Assembly: GCA_964372615.1 (NCBI GenBank)
Contig: CAYJTX010000003.1
Span: 1-34,766 of the forward strand
DNA from: an uncultured Bacteriovoracaceae bacterium
GTDB taxonomy: Bacteria > Bdellovibrionota > UBA1018
Reading direction: 5' to 3'
DNA: 34,766 nucleotides
Shown: one piece after another, positions 30,830 through 34,766 of the stretch
Numbering within the stretch: the stretch's first letter is position 1
Layout of the letters: each line of letters begins with the position of its first letter
Program-made: the position numbers and the translations under genes
Notes under the pieces: generated by a model
Seen by the model: the letters and a program-made list of their open reading frames with translations, nothing else
Databases searched by the model: none
What the model was told of the DNA's origin: nothing

Positions 30830-32314
30830 GGGTCGTGTCGAGTCGTATACTCCCTCACCCTGCCAGCTGACCACGGTGCGCCGCTCGCACAGCTCTTCCA
30901 TCGCGTAGCGGACGCCCTCGCGCCCGAGACCGCTTTCCTTGACGCCGCCGTAGGGGATGTTGTCGGCGCGGTAGGTGGGGATCTCGTTGACGAGGATGCC
31001 GCCGACCTCAAGCTCGTCGCAGGCCTGTCGGATCAACCGCGAGCTATCGGTGAACACTCCGGCCTGAAGGCCGAAGCGGGAGCGGTTCACGGCGGCCACG
31101 GCCTTGCCGAAATCGTCGTAGGTCTCCAGAACGACGACGGGCCCGAAAACCTCTTCGGTGTTGACCTTGTCGGTTTCGCGAACGCCCGCGAGCACGGTCG
31201 GCGGGATGAGGTTGCCCCGGCGTTCACCGCCCGCGAGAGCGCGCGCACCGCCGCGGAGGGCCTCATCGATCCACGTGCTCACCTTGTCGGCGTGGGCAGC
31301 GTCGATCAGGGGGCCGACGACGGTGTCGTCAAGCGCCGGGTCGCCGACCTTGAGCTTGCGGACTTCGGCCAAGAAGAGATCCGTGAAGCGCTCCGCCACC
31401 TCGCGCTGAACGAAGACGCGCTGAACGGAGATGCAGATCTGGCCGCCGTACGCGAATCCCCCGAATGCGCAGCGGGTGGCCGCGCGCTGCAGATCCGCGT
31501 CGGAGTGCACGATCACCGCGGCGTTGCCTCCCAGCTCGAGCGCGACCTTCTTGCGAACCGCCGCCTGTTGCAGCTGCCAACCCACCTTGTCGCTGCCGGT
31601 GAAGCTGAGCGTGGTGATCCGAGGGTCGGTCACCGCCCGGCCGACGACGGCATTCGGGGCATTCACGAGCTGCAGGGCTGCCGCGGGAACCTGCTCCCGC
31701 GCGTCGGACGCGTCACGCGCGGCCCGCTCGAAAATCTCGGCCAGGATCGTCGCTGCGCCGGGCGCCTGGGGCGCTGGCTTCACGATGACCGTGCAGCCTA
31801 CCGCTAGCGCGGGCGCGACCTTGTGGGCTACGAGGTTGAGCGGAAAGTTATACGGCGCGATCGCCAGCACCGGCCCGCGCGGAACCCAGCGGGAGGTCGC
31901 CGGCCCGTAGGCGCGCCCCGACGCCTCGAGATCGACGGGGATCAGCTCACCCACCTGCCGCTTGGCCTCTTCGGAGGCGATCGTGAAAGTCTGGATCGCG
32001 CGACTCACCTCGAGGTCGGCCAGCTGCCGCGGCTTGCCGGCCTCCTGGACGACCGAGTCGACGATTTCCCGGCGGCGTGCGCCGATCCCCTGCGCGATGC
32101 CGGCCAGGAGACGGCTGCGGACATAGGAGCTGGACTTGCGGAAGGAGCGGAACGCCTCGGCAGTCGCCGCGAGCGCGCGCTCGAGCTGCGCCTCGTCGGC
32201 CTGGTCTGCGCCGGCCACCCTTTCGCCGCTGAAGGGCGAGCGAATCTCGCGCGCCTCGGAGCGTCCGTCTTCCCAGCGCCCTGCAATGAAGAGCCGGTGG
32301 CGGGCCGGGCTCAC
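30566..32314 (-). CDS. NAD(P)-dependent aldehyde dehydrogenase (succinate-semialdehyde-dehydrogenase-like by context) with an unexpected ~99-aa C-terminal tail
   Basis: The GTG start at 32314 overlaps the gabT stop (GTGA) and follows AAGGAG. 'ALELGGNAAVIV' (catalytic Glu motif), 'FAYGGQICISVQRVFV' (catalytic Cys), 'EEVFGPVV', and 'YGGVKESGLGREG'. The family normally ends shortly after '...YAMEELCERRTVV' (about nt 30866), but no in-frame stop occurs until 30566. Confidence 0.85.
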   Translation of the reverse strand: MSPARHRLFIAGRWEDGRSEAREIRSPFSGERVAGADQADEAQLERALAATAEAFRSFRKSSSYVRSRLLAGIAQGIGARRREIVDSVVQEAGKPRQLADLEVSRAIQTFTIASEEAKRQVGELIPVDLEASGRAYGPATSRWVPRGPVLAIAPYNFPLNLVAHKVAPALAVGCTVIVKPAPQAPGAATILAEIFERAARDASDAREQVPAAALQLVNAPNAVVGRAVTDPRITTLSFTGSDKVGWQLQQAAVRKKVALELGGNAAVIVHSDADLQRAATRCAFGGFAYGGQICISVQRVFVQREVAERFTDLFLAEVRKLKVGDPALDDTVVGPLIDAAHADKVSTWIDEALRGGARALAGGERRGNLIPPTVLAGVRETDKVNTEEVFGPVVVLETYDDFGKAVAAVNRSRFGLQAGVFTDSSRLIRQACDELEVGGILVNEIPTYRADNIPYGGVKESGLGREGVRYAMEELCERRTVVSWQGEGVYDSTRPSMSQNIPPQAEVDDRSDGGVGESKGSRADLGHARARVEAQDAVDQLVHDDLAPAARKERIGGVVLESMDGFGEGVARLAPRADSMHG

Positions 32315-33645
32315 GGAAGCTCCTTGAGCGCCCCCTCGACGACGTCGAGGCCTTCCTTGAGCTGAGCGGGCTCGATCACGAGCGGCGGAAGGAAGCGCAC
32401 GACGTTGCCGTAGGTACCCGCGGTCATCAGCACCACACCCCGCTCGTAACAAAGCTTGAGCACCTTCTTGGCCGAATCCATATCAGGCGTCTTCGTGGTG
32501 CGATCCTTCACGAGCTCCATCGCAAGCATCGGGCCCAGGCCCCTCACGTCACCTATGATAGGAAATCGATCCTTCCACCCGCGAAGGCGGCCTGAGAGGC
32601 TCTCCGCCAGAGCGCGGGCCCGAGGCAGCAGGTCCCCCCTTTCGAACTGGTCGAAAACAGCGAGGGCCGCCGCGCATGAGAGTGGATTTCCGTTGAAGGT
32701 GCCGCCGATACCGCTCACGTCCGGGCCGTCCATGATCTCCGCCCTGCCCGTCACGGCCGAGATCGGAAGCCCGCCGCCGAGCCCCTTGGCCGTCGTGATC
32801 AGGTCGGGCGCGATCCCGAGCTGCTCGCACGCGAAGAGGGTCCCCGTTCGGCCGAAGCCGGTCTGGATCTCGTCGGCGATCAGCACGATGTTGTTGTCAG
32901 TGCAGAACTTGCGCAGCCGGCTCATGAATTCACGGGGAACCGGCAGGAACCCGCCCTCACCCAACACGGGCTCGATGATTACGGCCGCAGTGTGCTGCGC
33001 ACCCACCCGGTAGGTCACGAGATCGACGAACTGCTCGAAGCACTCACGCGAGACGCGCTCGGCGTCGCCTCCGGCGTGCGGCCAGCGGTAGACGTCCGGA
33101 AACGGCGCCCGATAGACCTCGGGGGCGAAAGGGCCCATTCCCACTCGATTCGGCTTCGCCTTCGCCGTCAGCGTCATGGCCAGGAGAGTCCGCCCATGAA
33201 AAGCGTGATCGAAGCAAACGATCGCCTGGCAGCCCGTGAACGCGCGCGCGATCTTCACCGCGTTCTCGACCGCCTCCGCTCCCGTCGTGGCGAGAAAGGT
33301 CTTCTTCGCGAAGTCGCCGGGCGCCGCGCGGTTGAGCCGCTCGGCAACCCGCACGTAGCCCTCGTACGCCGTGACGTTGAAGCTCCCGTGCACGAGGCGC
33401 TCCGCCTGGGACTGCACGGCCTTCACCACCGATTCGGCGGCGTGGCCCGTGTTGACGACGCCGATGCCGGCCGCGAGATCGATGAGGCGATTGCCGTCGA
33501 CGTCCTCGAGAATCGCTCCCTTCCCGCTCGCCGCGAATACCGGAGTGATGTGGAAGGGGCCCCGGGGGACGTGCTTCTGGCGCTCGGCCATCAGAGCCTG
33601 GCTCCGGGGTCCTGGAATCGCGGTCTTCAGTCGAATTTCGCCCAT
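32311..33645 (-). CDS. gabT: 4-aminobutyrate aminotransferase (class III PLP-dependent aminotransferase)
   Basis: 'IPGPRSQALMAERQKHVPRG', 'DVDGNRLIDLAAGIGVVNTGH', 'AAVIIEPVLGEGGF', 'LIADEIQTGFGRTG', and 'DLITTAKGLGGGLPISAV' (PLP Lys). Confidence 0.9.
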   Translation of the reverse strand: MGEIRLKTAIPGPRSQALMAERQKHVPRGPFHITPVFAASGKGAILEDVDGNRLIDLAAGIGVVNTGHAAESVVKAVQSQAERLVHGSFNVTAYEGYVRVAERLNRAAPGDFAKKTFLATTGAEAVENAVKIARAFTGCQAIVCFDHAFHGRTLLAMTLTAKAKPNRVGMGPFAPEVYRAPFPDVYRWPHAGGDAERVSRECFEQFVDLVTYRVGAQHTAAVIIEPVLGEGGFLPVPREFMSRLRKFCTDNNIVLIADEIQTGFGRTGTLFACEQLGIAPDLITTAKGLGGGLPISAVTGRAEIMDGPDVSGIGGTFNGNPLSCAAALAVFDQFERGDLLPRARALAESLSGRLRGWKDRFPIIGDVRGLGPMLAMELVKDRTTKTPDMDSAKKVLKLCYERGVVLMTAGTYGNVVRFLPPLVIEPAQLKEGLDVVEGALKELP

Positions 33646-33652
33646 ATGCTTC

Positions 33653-34766
33653 TCAATACCACCCGAGCGGGGCCTCCTCGAGGTTGACGTTCACCTGCTT
33701 GGTCTCGAGATACGCCTCGATTCCGTACAGGCCGAGCTCGCGCCCGGTGCCGCTCTGCTTGTAGCCGCCCCAGGGCAGCTCGTTGAACGTGGGGTGATAG
33801 GTGTTGATCCAGGTGATCCCCGCGCGCAGCTCGCGGACGACCCGCAACGCCCGCGTGGCGCTCTTGCTCCACACGGCCGCAGCCAGTCCGTACTCGGTGT
33901 CGTTGGCGATACGGATCGCGTCCTCTTCCGTCTTGAATGGAATGACCGAGAGGACCGGCCCGAAGATCTCCTCGCGTGCGATGCGCATCGTGGATTTCAC
34001 GTCGTCGAAGATCGTGGGCTCGAGGAAGTTGCCCTTTTCGAACTCCTTGCCCTCGGGGCGCTTGCCGCCGCAGACGAGCCTGGCCCCCTCGGCCTTGCCG
34101 ATGCGAATGTAGTTCTCGACCTTCTCCCGATGCGCCGCCGAGACGAGCGGCCCCATCTTCACGCCCGCCTGAAGGCCGTGGCCGAGCTTGATGCGGGGGA
34201 TCTTCTTGAGCATCGCCTCAACGAGCGGCCGGTGGATCAACTCCTCGACCAGCAGTCGCGAGCCGGCGGAGCAGACCTCGCCCTGATTGGCGAACGCGGC
34301 GAAGAGCGCCCCGTCTACCGCCGCCTCGAAGTCGGCGTCGGCGAAGACGATGTTCGGGTTCTTGCCTCCGAGCTCAAGCGTGGTCTTCTTGAGATTGCCG
34401 GTCGCCGCCGTCATGATCCTTCGGCCCGTGGCGGTCCCGCCCGTAAAGGCGATCTTGTCGACCTTGGCGCTCTCGGCCAGCTCCTCGCCGGCCCCGGCGC
34501 CGGGGCCCGTCACGATGTTCACGACTCCCGCGGGGAACTCGCACGCCGCGAAGATCCGCGCGAGCTCCAGCGCCGTGAGCGGCGTGAGCTCCGAGGGCTT
34601 GAGCACGCAGGTGTTGCCTGCCGCGAGCGCGGGCGCGAGCTTCCAGGCCGCCATGAGGAGCGGGTAGTTCCACGGGATGATCTGGCCGCAGACCCCGATG
34701 GGCTCACGCACGACGAAGCTGAGCGAGTTGGCCGGAACCTGCATCGTCTCGCCGTGGACCTTGGTG
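33653..34766 (-). CDS. Aldehyde dehydrogenase (betaine/aminobutyraldehyde-dehydrogenase-like), 5'-truncated by the window edge
   Basis: The frame remains open to nt 34765 (…TKVHGETMQVPAN…). 'EPIGVCGQIIPWNYPLLMAAWKLAPALAAGNTCVLKPSELTPL', 'LELGGKNPNIVF', 'FANQGEVCSAGSRLLV', 'EEIFGPVLSV', and 'PWGGYKQSGTGRELG'. Confidence 0.9.
   Translation of the reverse strand, partial: TKVHGETMQVPANSLSFVVREPIGVCGQIIPWNYPLLMAAWKLAPALAAGNTCVLKPSELTPLTALELARIFAACEFPAGVVNIVTGPGAGAGEELAESAKVDKIAFTGGTATGRRIMTAATGNLKKTTLELGGKNPNIVFADADFEAAVDGALFAAFANQGEVCSAGSRLLVEELIHRPLVEAMLKKIPRIKLGHGLQAGVKMGPLVSAAHREKVENYIRIGKAEGARLVCGGKRPEGKEFEKGNFLEPTIFDDVKSTMRIAREEIFGPVLSVIPFKTEEDAIRIANDTEYGLAAAVWSKSATRALRVVRELRAGITWINTYHPTFNELPWGGYKQSGTGRELGLYGIEAYLETKQVNVNLEEAPLGWY

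Overview
Visibly GC-rich chromosomal window from a flagellated diderm bacterium. The lineage cannot be determined from the sequence alone. I saw no transposases, integrases, CRISPR arrays, tRNAs or rRNAs. Because stop codons are rare, almost every real gene has long antisense or off-frame shadow ORFs in the track. I resolved these by family motifs, ribosome-binding sites and third-position GC.

Gene content, in order:
- (1) A 5'-truncated TPR plus periplasmic-binding-fold protein.
- (2) A late-flagellar block: fliD, fliS, a small chaperone-like ORF, a TPR protein, a GT9 (heptosyltransferase-family) glycosyltransferase with a long unique C-terminal extension, and an orphan ORF.
- (3) A Cys/His/Pro-rich lipoprotein with a strong terminator.
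- (4) Housekeeping genes rarA, nadK and recN, plus an LpxH-family phosphoesterase.
- (5) A minus-strand flagellar block: two short flagellin paralogs, each with its own sigma28-type promoter candidate and GC-rich terminator hairpin. It also holds a 7TMR-DISM-type membrane receptor with a cyclase-homology domain and a FlaG-like ORF.
- (6) A MeaB/ArgK-type GTPase divergent from an M48 (HtpX-like) peptidase, followed by a Pro-rich lipoprotein.
- (7) The most interesting part, a tightly coupled operon at about 22.2-29.5 kb. It encodes an outer-membrane beta-barrel protein, a TPR lipoprotein and a 740-aa membrane protein. The 740-aa protein has two periplasmic FliF/YscJ-like repeats fused through one TM helix to a full FliG-like cytoplasmic region. 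The operon continues with a stand-alone cNMP-binding protein, MotA, MotB and a zinc-ribbon/TM/SH3 protein.
- (8) A secreted or membrane hypothetical protein.
- (9) A GABA/aminoaldehyde catabolic trio: aldehyde dehydrogenase, gabT, aldehyde dehydrogenase.

All functional calls come from by-eye motif recognition. No database search was possible.
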